Source: an uncultured Porphyromonadaceae bacterium
GTDB lineage: Bacteria > Bacteroidota > Bacteroidia > Bacteroidales > Muribaculaceae
Assembly (NCBI GenBank): GCA_900540625.1
Contig: UQGP01000004.1
Coordinates: 3,607-67,606 of the forward strand
Length of the DNA stretch: 64,000 nucleotides
Direction: 5' to 3'
Position 1 is the stretch's first letter. Each line of letters opens with the position of its first letter. The notes beneath the pieces are model-generated. The model was not told the origin of the DNA. It saw nothing but the letters and a program-made list of their open reading frames with translations, and searched no databases. This document shows, piece by piece, positions 19,248-28,869 of the stretch. Both the position numbers and the translations under genes were made by a program.

Positions 19248-19943
19248 TTATAACGGGTGGATGTCTGCTTGTATAATTGTGTCGGGAAGTGCATCCGGGC
19301 TGTCTATCCAGATTGACGGCTGATATTCGGCGCGCCTTTCGGCGTCTTGGCGATGGATATTGCACCCGTTGTCGCGAAGGCCTATGGTGAGCCATCCGCG
19401 GCTATTGGCCGTCACGAAGTCCTTGATTACGTTATCGCCTACGTAGCAGTATTTTTTGCCCGGATTTCGCTGCTCGATGACTTCGTAATTGGCTGCACAT
19501 GGTTTCTCGGAACCGAATTCTTCGGAGATGATGATATTGTGAGCCGGTACAATCCGGTCAAGTCCCAGCGCCTTAATCTTGTTGCGCTGTGTCAGTGTAC
19601 GACCATCGGTGATAAGCGCTAATGTCGCGCCGTAAGATTTCAGAGCCTGAAGACACTCTTTGCAGTCACTTGCAAGTGTGATGTTCGGGATGTGTTCGCG
19701 GTACAGTTTCAGAAGGCTTGAAATATCACAGTCACTCCCGGTTGCTTCGATTGCCTTTTCGAAGACGTTGCATTTGGTCGTGTACCAATCGTACATGGAT
19801 TTGGCCAGTGCGGATGCTTCCTTTGCGTTTCCGCACAGAGCCATAGCAATATGATAGTACCCGGATTTCAGAAAATCGATTTCCTTGTACAACGTGTCGT
19901 CAAGGTCGAAGGCGACGACATAATCCGAATGAGGGTGTCGCAT
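19248..19943 (-). CDS. HAD-superfamily hydrolase
   Basis: The protein has HAD motif I near the N-terminus (VVAFDLDDTLY, with the start taken at M18 of the listed ORF; the alternative start is 19994) and motif IV (YVGDNVIKD). Confidence 0.7.
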   Translation of the reverse strand: MRHPHSDYVVAFDLDDTLYKEIDFLKSGYYHIAMALCGNAKEASALAKSMYDWYTTKCNVFEKAIEATGSDCDISSLLKLYREHIPNITLASDCKECLQALKSYGATLALITDGRTLTQRNKIKALGLDRIVPAHNIIISEEFGSEKPCAANYEVIEQRNPGKKYCYVGDNVIKDFVTANSRGWLTIGLRDNGCNIHRQDAERRAEYQPSIWIDSPDALPDTIIQADIHPL

Positions 19944-19962
19944 AGATGTCGTGAGAAAAAAA

Positions 19963-20940
19963 TCAGTCTTTAAGCTGAGTAAATATGGCTGCATCGTATC
20001 TCAGCATCAGAAAGTTATCCTTCCAGGATTCGTCATATTCGAGATTCTGCCCGAGCAAATACTCGCGTATCAGATACTCGATGTAATTTGCCCCGGCTTC
20101 GTAGCTTAGCGGATAGCCTCCGCCGAAACGCGGATTGATTTCTATGGCCTTAATGTCTCCTGATGTTTCATCGTAAAACAATTGCAGGCAAATCACGCCT
20201 CGGACGCCTTCGAGATGGCCGAGCCGCGAACGTAGGTATGCGATAATCGAGTTTTTGCGCGTCACGCCCTTATTGATTTCGCCGGCGCGGATTTCGATGC
20301 GCTGCCGCGGAACTATGGATTTGACCATGCCGTCGTTACCGTAGTACATATCGACGGTAAATTCCTTGTATATAGCCTTGTCCACGTATTCCATAAACAT
20401 CAGTTTAGGGTCATCCAAGATTTCTTTGGTGAGGTCTTCGGCCGAACGCAACAGATGAATATTTGTACTCAGCGATCCGTCGTAAGGCTTTGCAAAGCAA
20501 GGAAATGTCGGATTGTGCTTGTCTACGGGCGTTGGAATACTGATGTTGTGCTGCTCAAAGAATTTGTTAATCAGCCTTTTGTTACGACATTGGCGGATGA
20601 AAGTGCCGTCCGATATTGCAATATGCGTGCCTTGAGCTTTGAATTCGTCATATAGGTCAGACAAGAGTATAAGCTCGGTGTCTATGGTCGGAATGAGCAG
20701 TCCGACAGAATACTTGTCGCAAATATTGCGTAGAATTCGAGGATAGGACTCGTCGGTGACGCGCGGGACCTTGAAGCATTCGTCCGAGACGTATCCGGCC
20801 GGAGCCATTATCGGATTCATATCCGTGGTATAGACCTTTACGTCCGAGCCGAGAAGGCCGCCGGCGGTGTTTTTGATAGCCTTGACGAGTTCGACACGCT
20901 TGCCGGCCGAAGTTACGAGGATATTCTTGCGAGTGCTCAT
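19963..20940 (-). CDS. ATP-grasp domain protein (carbamoyl-phosphate-synthase-like ligase fold)
   Basis: The 325-aa ORF has a Gly-rich loop (ILVTSAGKRVELV) and a C-terminal ATP-grasp signature (IKAIEINPRFGGGYP). Its stop lies 19 nt upstream of the HAD gene. Confidence 0.7.
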   Translation of the reverse strand: MSTRKNILVTSAGKRVELVKAIKNTAGGLLGSDVKVYTTDMNPIMAPAGYVSDECFKVPRVTDESYPRILRNICDKYSVGLLIPTIDTELILLSDLYDEFKAQGTHIAISDGTFIRQCRNKRLINKFFEQHNISIPTPVDKHNPTFPCFAKPYDGSLSTNIHLLRSAEDLTKEILDDPKLMFMEYVDKAIYKEFTVDMYYGNDGMVKSIVPRQRIEIRAGEINKGVTRKNSIIAYLRSRLGHLEGVRGVICLQLFYDETSGDIKAIEINPRFGGGYPLSYEAGANYIEYLIREYLLGQNLEYDESWKDNFLMLRYDAAIFTQLKD

Positions 20941-21007
20941 TATAATAATTTAGACTTCAAAATACAATAGTCTTCAGGAGAAGACGTAAGTCTGTGTTTG
21001 ATGCTTG

Positions 21008-22720
21008 TCAGAAGAGGTGGGCGAAGCGCGCTGTGAGGGCCGTGAAGCGGCTGTCTTGGCGCAGGGGGGCGATATTGGCCGGGGCGTCGGTGTCGTCACG
21101 CAGGCGGTGAAGGTCTCCGTATCCGCGGTCAAGCGCTTGTTCGAGATAACGGAATGCGGCGTCCATATCGGCATTGCCGGCATCGTTTTTGGATGATTTG
21201 CCCTTTTTGACTTCGGCGGCAACCTTGGCGGCTTGGGCATAATAGCAAGCGGCCTCGAAGGCGTGGGCTCCGTCGGCGTCAGGTAGAGCAAGAATTGCTG
21301 CCATGGCTGCATCGGCGGCTTGACGTTCGCCGCAATGCAGCAGTGCCAACGGGCGTAACATTGCCGGGTCGGCATTCAGGATAGCGGCAGCGTCTTGGCT
21401 CATGGCAGAGGAAGCCGCATCCGCAGTCGTGTTTTTTCGTGCTTGCGGCGCTGTTGTCTCGGCCACGTGGCGGTAAAATCCGGCGGCGGCTACAGGCTGG
21501 TTGAGACGTTCTTCGAGCACGGATGCACGCAGCATGTATGCGCGTGCCGCATCGGCGCCTTCGGCCGTCATTGTGGCTTCGCCGAACAGGTCGGCGGCTT
21601 GGCCGTACTGCTCTTGCGAGTATGCCGTCAGGCCCAATTCGATAAGCGCTTGCGTGTCGTTGGGACGTAATGCCAATGCGCGTGCGGCGGCGCTATAGGC
21701 ATCGACACGTCGACCCAGGGCTCGCAGTATACGTGCGCGTAATATGTGGTTGTCGGCATTATTGGGGGATGCAGCCAATGCTTGGTCGATGTCAGCCAAA
21801 GCCTGTTCGTATTGGCCGAGGGCATATCGGCAGCGTGCAGTCCCGGCGTAGATGCCGCGGTAGTCGTTGAGATTTTGCGTGATGATGGTGTTGTAGTCGG
21901 CCAATGCGGCTTTGTAGTGGAAATGCGCTTGCTGGATGTAGGCACGCAGGTACACGAACATAGCCACTCGCGGAGCTTGCTCGATGGCACGTGTAATGCC
22001 TTCGATGACAACGGCATAGTCCGTATTGGCCATATCTACAAGCAGCTTGGTGGCGCGGGCGTTGGATGCGTCCGTACTCAGAGCCAGCATAATGTCTTCG
22101 ACCGCGCCGCTGCCGTTGCCCATCGAGCGGCGCACGTTGGCACGGCGTACGTATATGTCGGCGTTGTTGGGGTCTGACGCTACTGCATCGTCAAGGTATT
22201 GCGTAGCAGTGCCGAGGTTGTTTTCCTTGACGGCAATGCGTGCCAGTCCGATCATAGCCTCGGTACTGCGGGGATTGAGACGCAGCAGACGATTGTAGTC
22301 CTCGCGTGCGGCGGCGTATTGTCCGAGGGTGTAGCGCGTGTTTGCACGCAGGTAGACGTTGACATACGAAGTCGGGTCCAATGCCACCGTGGCGTCAAGG
22401 TCGCGCAAGGCATCCTCGGGGCGATTGGTCTGCAAATAGATGTTGGCACGTAGCGTGAGGGCACGCATACGTGTATCGGTATCTTTTTCGGGGATGTATT
22501 TGATGGCGTTGTCCGCATCCGAGAGTGCACGCAGATATTCGTTGTTGCTGTAATAAACGTTGGCGCGGTTGAGATAGGTCTCGTAGTCCTTGGGGTCTTC
22601 GCTGAGTTGTTGCGCGTAGACGTTGAGCACGGCGCGGGTCATCGGGTTGTCGATATCGGCGCGTGCCGGAGTGGCCAATGCGGCCAATGCGGCCAGTAGT
22701 ATGGATATATGTCTTATCAT
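21008..22720 (-). CDS. Secreted TPR-repeat protein
   Basis: The real start is MIRHISILLAALAALATPARA at 22720; the listed 753-aa ORF includes a spurious Arg/Pro-rich N-terminal extension. Many TPR units are present (YLRANIYLQTN..., ALDPTSYVNVYLRANTRYTLGQY, ...). Confidence 0.75.
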   Translation of the reverse strand: MIRHISILLAALAALATPARADIDNPMTRAVLNVYAQQLSEDPKDYETYLNRANVYYSNNEYLRALSDADNAIKYIPEKDTDTRMRALTLRANIYLQTNRPEDALRDLDATVALDPTSYVNVYLRANTRYTLGQYAAAREDYNRLLRLNPRSTEAMIGLARIAVKENNLGTATQYLDDAVASDPNNADIYVRRANVRRSMGNGSGAVEDIMLALSTDASNARATKLLVDMANTDYAVVIEGITRAIEQAPRVAMFVYLRAYIQQAHFHYKAALADYNTIITQNLNDYRGIYAGTARCRYALGQYEQALADIDQALAASPNNADNHILRARILRALGRRVDAYSAAARALALRPNDTQALIELGLTAYSQEQYGQAADLFGEATMTAEGADAARAYMLRASVLEERLNQPVAAAGFYRHVAETTAPQARKNTTADAASSAMSQDAAAILNADPAMLRPLALLHCGERQAADAAMAAILALPDADGAHAFEAACYYAQAAKVAAEVKKGKSSKNDAGNADMDAAFRYLEQALDRGYGDLHRLRDDTDAPANIAPLRQDSRFTALTARFAHLF

Positions 22721-22791
22721 CTGTCGTATAATGAAATGTCTCGGATGTCTTGATGCGTAAGGTTGGGAATAATGCGGCGGAGCTCTAAGTG

Positions 22792-23625
22792 TCAGAAAGC
22801 GGCGATGGTGCGGCGTATGGCCAGGAGGTGCCGCAGCAGCGTGGGCAGCAGGTCCAGGCGCAGCATATTGGCGCCATCGGAGAGGGCTTTGGCCGGTTGC
22901 GGGTGTGTCTCGATAAATATGCCGTCGGCGCCTACGGCTATGGCAGCGCGGCCGACGGTCTCGATAAGTTCGGGACGTCCGCCGGTGACTCCCCCTGCCG
23001 TATTGGGCTGTTGCAGCGAGTGAGTGATGTCCATAATGACCGGGCATCCGCATTGCTGCTGCATCACGGGAATGCCGCGCATATCCACCACTAGGTCGCC
23101 GTATCCCAGCATCGTGCCGCGGTCGGTGACAGCCACGGCATCGTTGCCGCTCTGTCGTACTTTTTCGACGGCGAAATGCATCGATTCGGGCGCCAGGAAT
23201 TGGCCTTTCTTGATATTGACCATTTTGCCGGTCTTGGCGGCGGCTGTCAGTAGGTCGGTTTGGCGGCACAAGAATGCCGGAATTTGCAATATATCAACGT
23301 ATTGAGCTGCCATCTCGGCCTCGGCGGGCAGGTGAATGTCCGTGACTACGGGTATGTTGAATGTCTCGCGAACTTTGGCGAGTATGCGCAGAGCCTTTTC
23401 GTCGCCTATGCCCTGAAACGAGTCCAGACGGCTGCGGTTGGCCTTGCGGTAGCTACCTTTGAATACGTATGGTATGCCCAGCTCGGATGTCGTGCGCAAT
23501 ACGCTTTCGGCGATATCGAGAGCCATTTTCTCGCCCTCGATGACGCATGGTCCGGCCAAAAGGAAGAACGTGGAACCTTTGGCTGCTTGGGGTGTCAGAT
23601 ATTGCAGTAATTCGTTGGCGTTCAT
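22792..23625 (-). CDS. kdsA: 3-deoxy-8-phosphooctulonate (KDO-8-P) synthase
   Basis: The start MNANELLQYL is at 23625. KdsA signatures present are LLAGPCVIE, FKGSYRKANRS and GCPVIMDITHSLQQP. The start forms an ATGA overlap with the rsmE stop. Confidence 0.9.
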   Translation of the reverse strand: MNANELLQYLTPQAAKGSTFFLLAGPCVIEGEKMALDIAESVLRTTSELGIPYVFKGSYRKANRSRLDSFQGIGDEKALRILAKVRETFNIPVVTDIHLPAEAEMAAQYVDILQIPAFLCRQTDLLTAAAKTGKMVNIKKGQFLAPESMHFAVEKVRQSGNDAVAVTDRGTMLGYGDLVVDMRGIPVMQQQCGCPVIMDITHSLQQPNTAGGVTGGRPELIETVGRAAIAVGADGIFIETHPQPAKALSDGANMLRLDLLPTLLRHLLAIRRTIAAF

Positions 23626-24332
23626 GAGTGAATTTGGTTGATGATATGAAAAGTGTCGCAGGCGACGAGTGCGGCGGTCTCGGTGCGCAGGCGGTTGTCG
23701 CCCATGGTGACGGCGCGGCATCCGGCATCGAGGCATTGTTTTACCTCATCGGGTGTGAAATCGCCTTCGGGTCCGATGAGCAGCAGCGTGCTCAGTCGCG
23801 GTTGCAGGGCCTTGGAAAGCAACGTCCGTTCGGTATTGGCATCGCAATATCCGACGAAGCGTTGTCGGGCTGTGGTTTGCTGCAGCAATTGGCTCAGCGG
23901 GGTCATCTCGGCCAGGTGCGGCATCGTGGCCTTGAGCGATTGTTTCATGGCCGATACGGCAATTTTGCGTAGGCGTTCGACCTTGATTTCGCGTCGTTCC
24001 GACCGGGCGCATAGTACCGGAATAATGCTGTCCACCCCGATTTCCACGAGTTTCTCGACCAGCCATTCGGTACGGTCGATGTGCTTGGCCGGGGCTACGG
24101 CCACGGTGACATCCGCCGGCCATACGCGTTCGATGGTGACGGCATCTTCGATGGCGACGGTAGCGCGGCGCGGGTCGCTACCTACGAGTGTACACGTGTA
24201 GCGTGTGCCGTGGCCGTCCACCACATACAGTGTGTCGTCCGTGCGCATACGCAGCACGCGTACGGCGTGTGCGCTGTCCTCGGGCGGCAGTGTCAGAGTT
24301 TGCTGTATGTCAGGTGCGTAGAACTGAATCAT
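23622..24332 (-). CDS. rsmE: 16S rRNA (uracil1498-N3)-methyltransferase RsmE
   Basis: The 236-aa ORF has a PUA-like N-terminus and a SPOUT C-terminus (LLIGPEGDFTPDE). Confidence 0.8.
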   Translation of the reverse strand: MIQFYAPDIQQTLTLPPEDSAHAVRVLRMRTDDTLYVVDGHGTRYTCTLVGSDPRRATVAIEDAVTIERVWPADVTVAVAPAKHIDRTEWLVEKLVEIGVDSIIPVLCARSERREIKVERLRKIAVSAMKQSLKATMPHLAEMTPLSQLLQQTTARQRFVGYCDANTERTLLSKALQPRLSTLLLIGPEGDFTPDEVKQCLDAGCRAVTMGDNRLRTETAALVACDTFHIINQIHS

Positions 24333-24400
24333 TGCTTATATTGGCATGGTCTCGAAAACGCGGTGTCCGACATATACCGAACACCGCGCCTTCAAGGCTG

Positions 24401-25762
24401 TTAGATGTCTTTTACAGCTTTTGTCTCGGCTTTCTTGGGCGCTTTGAAGCAGAAGTAGAACATGATGAATACTGCCAAAGCGTAAGCGGCGAAGATGAAC
24501 CACGAGTGGTGCCAGCCGTCAATCATGGCTTGAGTGCCTACCTCCTGGGTCATAACGTATTTATTGACTACAAATTCGCCGGCGATAAACGTACCCAGCG
24601 ATGCGCCGATACCGTTGGTCATAATCATGAACAGACCTTGGGCGGACGAACGCAGTTTGGGGTCGGTCTGCTGGTCGACGTAGATGCCGCCGGAGACGTT
24701 GAAGAAGTCGAAGGCAACGCCGTAGACGATGCAAGACAGCACAAGGAAGATGACGCCGGGGAAATTGGTGTCGCCGATGCCGAAGAAGCCGAAGCGCAAT
24801 ACCCAGGCAAACATCGCAATCAGCATTACGCCTTTGATGCCGAAGCGTTTAAGGCAGAAGGCTATCATCAGGATGCACAGGGCTTCGGAGCATTGCGAAA
24901 TCGAAATCAGGAATGTCGGGTTGTGTGCAAACCATCCATCGAGCAATCCTTGGCTGTATTCGCCTACTTTGCTGAAGCTTTCGATGAAGGTAGTGCCGTA
25001 GCTGTTGGTGATTTGCAGCGACACGCCCAGCAGCATCGAGAATATGAAGAATATGGCCATGCGGCGTGTCTTGAATAGTGCGAAGGCGCGCAGGCCGAGG
25101 GCGTCGACGATGCCGCCGTTGGCGCTCTTATTGACAGGACATTTGGGCATTGTCAGTGCGTACAAGGCCATGATGATGCCGAAAGCACCGGTGGCAAAGA
25201 ATTGGGTGTAGCTTTTTTGCAGTGTGATACCGTCTATTTCCACAAAATTTACCATCAGTTCGGCCACGATGAAGCCTACAGTTCCGAATACTCGTATGGG
25301 AGGGAAGTCCTTGACCGTGTCCAGACCTCCTCTTTCGAGGGCATTGAAGGCCACCGAGTTGTTAAGTCCTATTGTGGGCATATAGAAAGCCACAGAGATG
25401 GTATACAGCGTGAATATTGTGCCGAAGTCCACATAGCCGACCAGCTGTTCGTGGGTCATGTCAATCCATCCGTCGGGCAGTACAGACATAGCGTAATATC
25501 CGGCGGCGAACATGAACATCGCGGCGATGAAGTGGCATAGGGATAAGGTCTTTTGTGCCGGCAGCCAGCGGTCGGCTACGATACCCATTATAGCGGGCAT
25601 GAATAGAGATACAAGTCCCTGAACCATATAGAAAAGGAATATTTCCTGGCCTAAGCCTACGTGGTACAAGAACATACCCATAGATACGAGGTACGTTCCC
25701 CATATTGCAAACTCGAAGAAGCTAAGAGCCGCAAGTTTGGTCTTTAGTGTGGAGCTTTTCAT
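24401..25762 (-). CDS. nupG: Nucleoside:H+ symporter (NHS family of the major facilitator superfamily)
   Basis: The 453-aa ORF aligns by eye along its length to E. coli NupG (FFEFAIWGTYL..., GIVADRWL, DFPPIRVFGTVGF, AFALFKTRRMAIFFIFSMLLG). Confidence 0.75.
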   Translation of the reverse strand: MKSSTLKTKLAALSFFEFAIWGTYLVSMGMFLYHVGLGQEIFLFYMVQGLVSLFMPAIMGIVADRWLPAQKTLSLCHFIAAMFMFAAGYYAMSVLPDGWIDMTHEQLVGYVDFGTIFTLYTISVAFYMPTIGLNNSVAFNALERGGLDTVKDFPPIRVFGTVGFIVAELMVNFVEIDGITLQKSYTQFFATGAFGIIMALYALTMPKCPVNKSANGGIVDALGLRAFALFKTRRMAIFFIFSMLLGVSLQITNSYGTTFIESFSKVGEYSQGLLDGWFAHNPTFLISISQCSEALCILMIAFCLKRFGIKGVMLIAMFAWVLRFGFFGIGDTNFPGVIFLVLSCIVYGVAFDFFNVSGGIYVDQQTDPKLRSSAQGLFMIMTNGIGASLGTFIAGEFVVNKYVMTQEVGTQAMIDGWHHSWFIFAAYALAVFIMFYFCFKAPKKAETKAVKDI

Positions 25763-25820
25763 TGAAGCGTGTGTGATTTTTGGTTGATTGGTTTTATTGT
25801 GTGGTTTTTAGGTTTGTCGT

Positions 25821-26429
25821 TTATTTGTCTTTGCGGCGTTGGCGGAGTATGGAGTTGATGCGAGCGGCTTCCTCATACTCTTCGTCGCGTGTCAACTGCT
25901 CGAGCAATTTCTCGAGTTGTTCGTCGGACATTTCGTCCGGATCTTGCGGCTCCGATTCCGAGTCTTGGCGAGCCTTGTCTTCGGGGTCTTTGTTGAGGTC
26001 CTCGGTGATACATTCCTCCAGGGATAGGCCGGCGCGTTCCATGATTTCGGGGGTCGTGTATATGGGGGCACCGACGCGTACGGCTATGGCTACTGCGTCC
26101 GAGGTGCGTGCGTCCAGTACGGCTTCTTTTCCTTCGCGATCACGGAAGGTCATCTCGGAGGAGAAAATTCCGTCTTCGAAGCGATATATGAATACCTCTT
26201 CGAGCTGTATGCCGAAAGCTTGGCCGAGCGAGCAAAATAGGTCGTGGGTCATGGGGCGCGGCGGAATTACGCCTTGCATTTTGATGCCTATGGCCTGCGC
26301 TTCGCTTGCCCCGATGAGTATGGGTATGCGCTTCTCGCCCTCTTCGTCGGCAAGTAGCAGCGCAAAAGCGCCGCTGCGTACCGGGTTGTAGCTTATGCCC
26401 ATGATTACGAGTTTTATGCGGTCATCCAT
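25821..26429 (-). CDS. Bifunctional nuclease family protein (DUF151) with a C-terminal UVR motif
   Basis: The 202-aa ORF begins with IKLVIMGISYNPVRSGAFALLLADEEGEKRIPILIG, which is typical of BFN/DUF151, and has an acidic C-terminal tail. Confidence 0.7.
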   Translation of the reverse strand: MDDRIKLVIMGISYNPVRSGAFALLLADEEGEKRIPILIGASEAQAIGIKMQGVIPPRPMTHDLFCSLGQAFGIQLEEVFIYRFEDGIFSSEMTFRDREGKEAVLDARTSDAVAIAVRVGAPIYTTPEIMERAGLSLEECITEDLNKDPEDKARQDSESEPQDPDEMSDEQLEKLLEQLTRDEEYEEAARINSILRQRRKDK

Positions 26430-26436
26430 GGCTGTG

Positions 26437-27543
26437 TCATTTTGTGTCGGAATTGTCGGTGATGACGCTTCCGCCGGTGATTATGCCCGAGCCGAAGCAG
26501 CGGCGGCGTTCCTTGTCGTATATTACGCAGAATTGTCCCGGGGCTATGCCTTGTATGGGATGAGCGGCATGTACCACGTAGTCGCCGTTGTCGGCCAATG
26601 TCATTACTGCGTCCGTGAATTCGGGCGTATGCCTGTTTTTGAAAGTTATGGCGACGCCCTCGACCAATTCTTCGGGTGTCCAAGGGCATCCGGAGATATA
26701 GTGCATCTCGGTGAGCAGCAGCGTGTCGCCGTATTGCTTGGCTGTATCGTATCCGCCGGAGACGTATACGACATTGTCGTGGGCGTTTTTGCGCACAACG
26801 TACCATGGGCCTCCGCTGAGTCCCAATCCTTTGCGCTGTCCTATGGTGTGGAACCAAAATCCGCGATGCTCGCCCAACTTGCGTCCGGTTTCGATTTCGA
26901 TAATCGGACCGGGGCGTTCGCCTAAGTGGCGACGTATGAAGTCGTTATAATTGATTTTGCCGAGAAAACATATTCCTTGCGAGTCCTTGCGCATGGCGTT
27001 GGGCATACGCACTTCGGCGGCTATGCGGCGTACTTCCTCCTTGGGAAGGTCGCCTATAGGGAACATCAGGTGACTCAGTTGTTCGTAGGATATGCGAGCC
27101 AGGAAATCGGTCTGGTCTTTGACCGGGTCGACGGCTGTGCCCAGCCATTTGCGGCCGTCGGCATCGGTGATGACGGTGGCGTAGTGGCCGGTGGCGGTCA
27201 TATCGTAGAGGTGACCCCAGCGCTGTTCGAAGTATCCGAATTTAATCATTTTGTTGCACATCATATCGGGATTGGGTGTCAGCCCTTGGCGCACGGTGCG
27301 CAGGGCATATTCCATCACGTTATCCCAATACTCCTGATGCAGCGACACCACCTCGAATGGCAATCCGAAGCGACGCGCTATCAGTGTGCACATTTCTATG
27401 TCTTCGTCGGCCGAGCAGTCGCCTTCGCCGTTGTCCAACCCTATGCGTATATAGAACAGGTGCAAATCGTGTCCCTGTTCGAGAAGTCGGTATACGGCTA
27501 CGGCGCTATCGACGCCACCGGAAATCAATACGGCTATCTTCAT
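26437..27543 (-). CDS. mnmA: tRNA-specific 2-thiouridylase
   Basis: The 368-aa ORF begins [16 protein letters not shown] (PP-loop) and has conserved Cys residues of the MnmA family. Confidence 0.9.
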   Translation of the reverse strand: MKIAVLISGGVDSAVAVYRLLEQGHDLHLFYIRIGLDNGEGDCSADEDIEMCTLIARRFGLPFEVVSLHQEYWDNVMEYALRTVRQGLTPNPDMMCNKMIKFGYFEQRWGHLYDMTATGHYATVITDADGRKWLGTAVDPVKDQTDFLARISYEQLSHLMFPIGDLPKEEVRRIAAEVRMPNAMRKDSQGICFLGKINYNDFIRRHLGERPGPIIEIETGRKLGEHRGFWFHTIGQRKGLGLSGGPWYVVRKNAHDNVVYVSGGYDTAKQYGDTLLLTEMHYISGCPWTPEELVEGVAITFKNRHTPEFTDAVMTLADNGDYVVHAAHPIQGIAPGQFCVIYDKERRRCFGSGIITGGSVITDNSDTK

Positions 27544-27570
27544 ATTTGTGCCGGGTCTTGCGTATATGGG

Positions 27571-28563
27571 TTATTCGGATTTCGGCTGTTCTTGGTTGGT
27601 GTTGTCTGCGGACTTGTCGCTGTCTGCGGCCACGCTGTTGACGATGCTGCGCACCAAAGCTTGGAAGGCTTTGAGCACATTGTCCGGTTTGATGTCCTTG
27701 ACCTGTACGACGTGTTGCTTGTCGACGTAGTACAGCATAGGCATGGTGGGCATGGCAAAATAGGTGTCTGCATCGGCATAGCTGCCTTTGACCCATGTGT
27801 CGGGCATATCGAGGGCTTCGGCGCGCCATTGGTCGCAGTCTTCGCCGGGATATATAGCAACGATTTTCAGTATGTTCTTTTGGCACAGCCAATTGATGGC
27901 ATAATCGGCGCTGAAGCGAGCCTTGGCCAGACGGCAGTCTGCGCAGTCCGGGTCGAAGAACATCAGCAGAATGTACGGCGCGTCTATTTCGCCGAAGTGG
28001 CCGGTGGTGCCGTCGGGACGTACAAACTTGAAGTCGGGGACGGTGCAGCCTACGCTGCTGGAAGTCAGCATGGTATACTGAGCCTCGAAGCGTGCGCGTT
28101 CGGCGCCCTTGACTTTCTTGCAATCTATTACCGCCTTCACAAACGGCAGATATAGTTCGTCACTTTGATATTCGGCACTGTCGGCAAAAGTCCAGCGTTC
28201 GGCGATGCGTGCAAGTTCGGGCAGCTGCTTGGGCGCCGAGCGCTCTACGCCGTCGATCAGGCGATTGATGGCTATATGTACTGTGTCGGCCGTTGCCAGA
28301 GGCGTCAATGCGAAGAATTGCCCCATGGTGTAGTCCAGACGTTCCTTGGACGAGAAAATACTTTTGAAATTGCACGTCTTCCAAAAGTTGTCAAGTATAT
28401 AGTTGGCGCGCTGGTCCATACGGACAATTTTGCTCGGCGGTACGGGCATTTCGACAAGCAACTGCGTGTCGTTGGCGGCGTATGATGTCGAAGCCACGGC
28501 TGCCGTGACGGCGACGACGGTCACCATACGGCGCAGGCTTTGTGTATATTTGGATATGTTCAT
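27571..28563 (-). CDS. Secreted DUF5106-like protein with a thioredoxin-like (TlpA-like) domain
   Basis: The 330-aa ORF has a signal peptide and a C-terminal thioredoxin-like region containing ...FFDPDCADC... Confidence 0.5.
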   Translation of the reverse strand: MNISKYTQSLRRMVTVVAVTAAVASTSYAANDTQLLVEMPVPPSKIVRMDQRANYILDNFWKTCNFKSIFSSKERLDYTMGQFFALTPLATADTVHIAINRLIDGVERSAPKQLPELARIAERWTFADSAEYQSDELYLPFVKAVIDCKKVKGAERARFEAQYTMLTSSSVGCTVPDFKFVRPDGTTGHFGEIDAPYILLMFFDPDCADCRLAKARFSADYAINWLCQKNILKIVAIYPGEDCDQWRAEALDMPDTWVKGSYADADTYFAMPTMPMLYYVDKQHVVQVKDIKPDNVLKAFQALVRSIVNSVAADSDKSADNTNQEQPKSE

Positions 28564-28869
28564 GACGTGTGTCAGGTTCTGTCTTTTGGTTACAATTTAC
28601 AAATTTACATACTTTTGCCGAAATGCGGTGCTCTTGGAGGCGGAAAAAATCCGCGAGAATGTCGCTTTGGACAAAAATCCGGATAAAGTATAGATGTGGC
28701 TCGTTTGATGATTGCCTTCATAAAAATAGCGGAATATGAGAGGTCGTCAGGATTGTCCGCTCTGTAACAGCCATCGTTACGCCCGAATGTATGTATAGCT
28801 TATATGGCCGCTGTCGGCGGCCGAATAAGCGTAATCTGCAATGGTTGTGAATTTCGTGGGGCAGAGGGG

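Noticed and set aside
21008-23269. Listed 753-aa ORF with an Arg/Pro/His-rich N-terminal 180 aa
   Set aside because: The extension overlaps kdsA on the opposite strand and is low-complexity. The real TPR protein starts at the signal peptide MIRHISILL at 22720.
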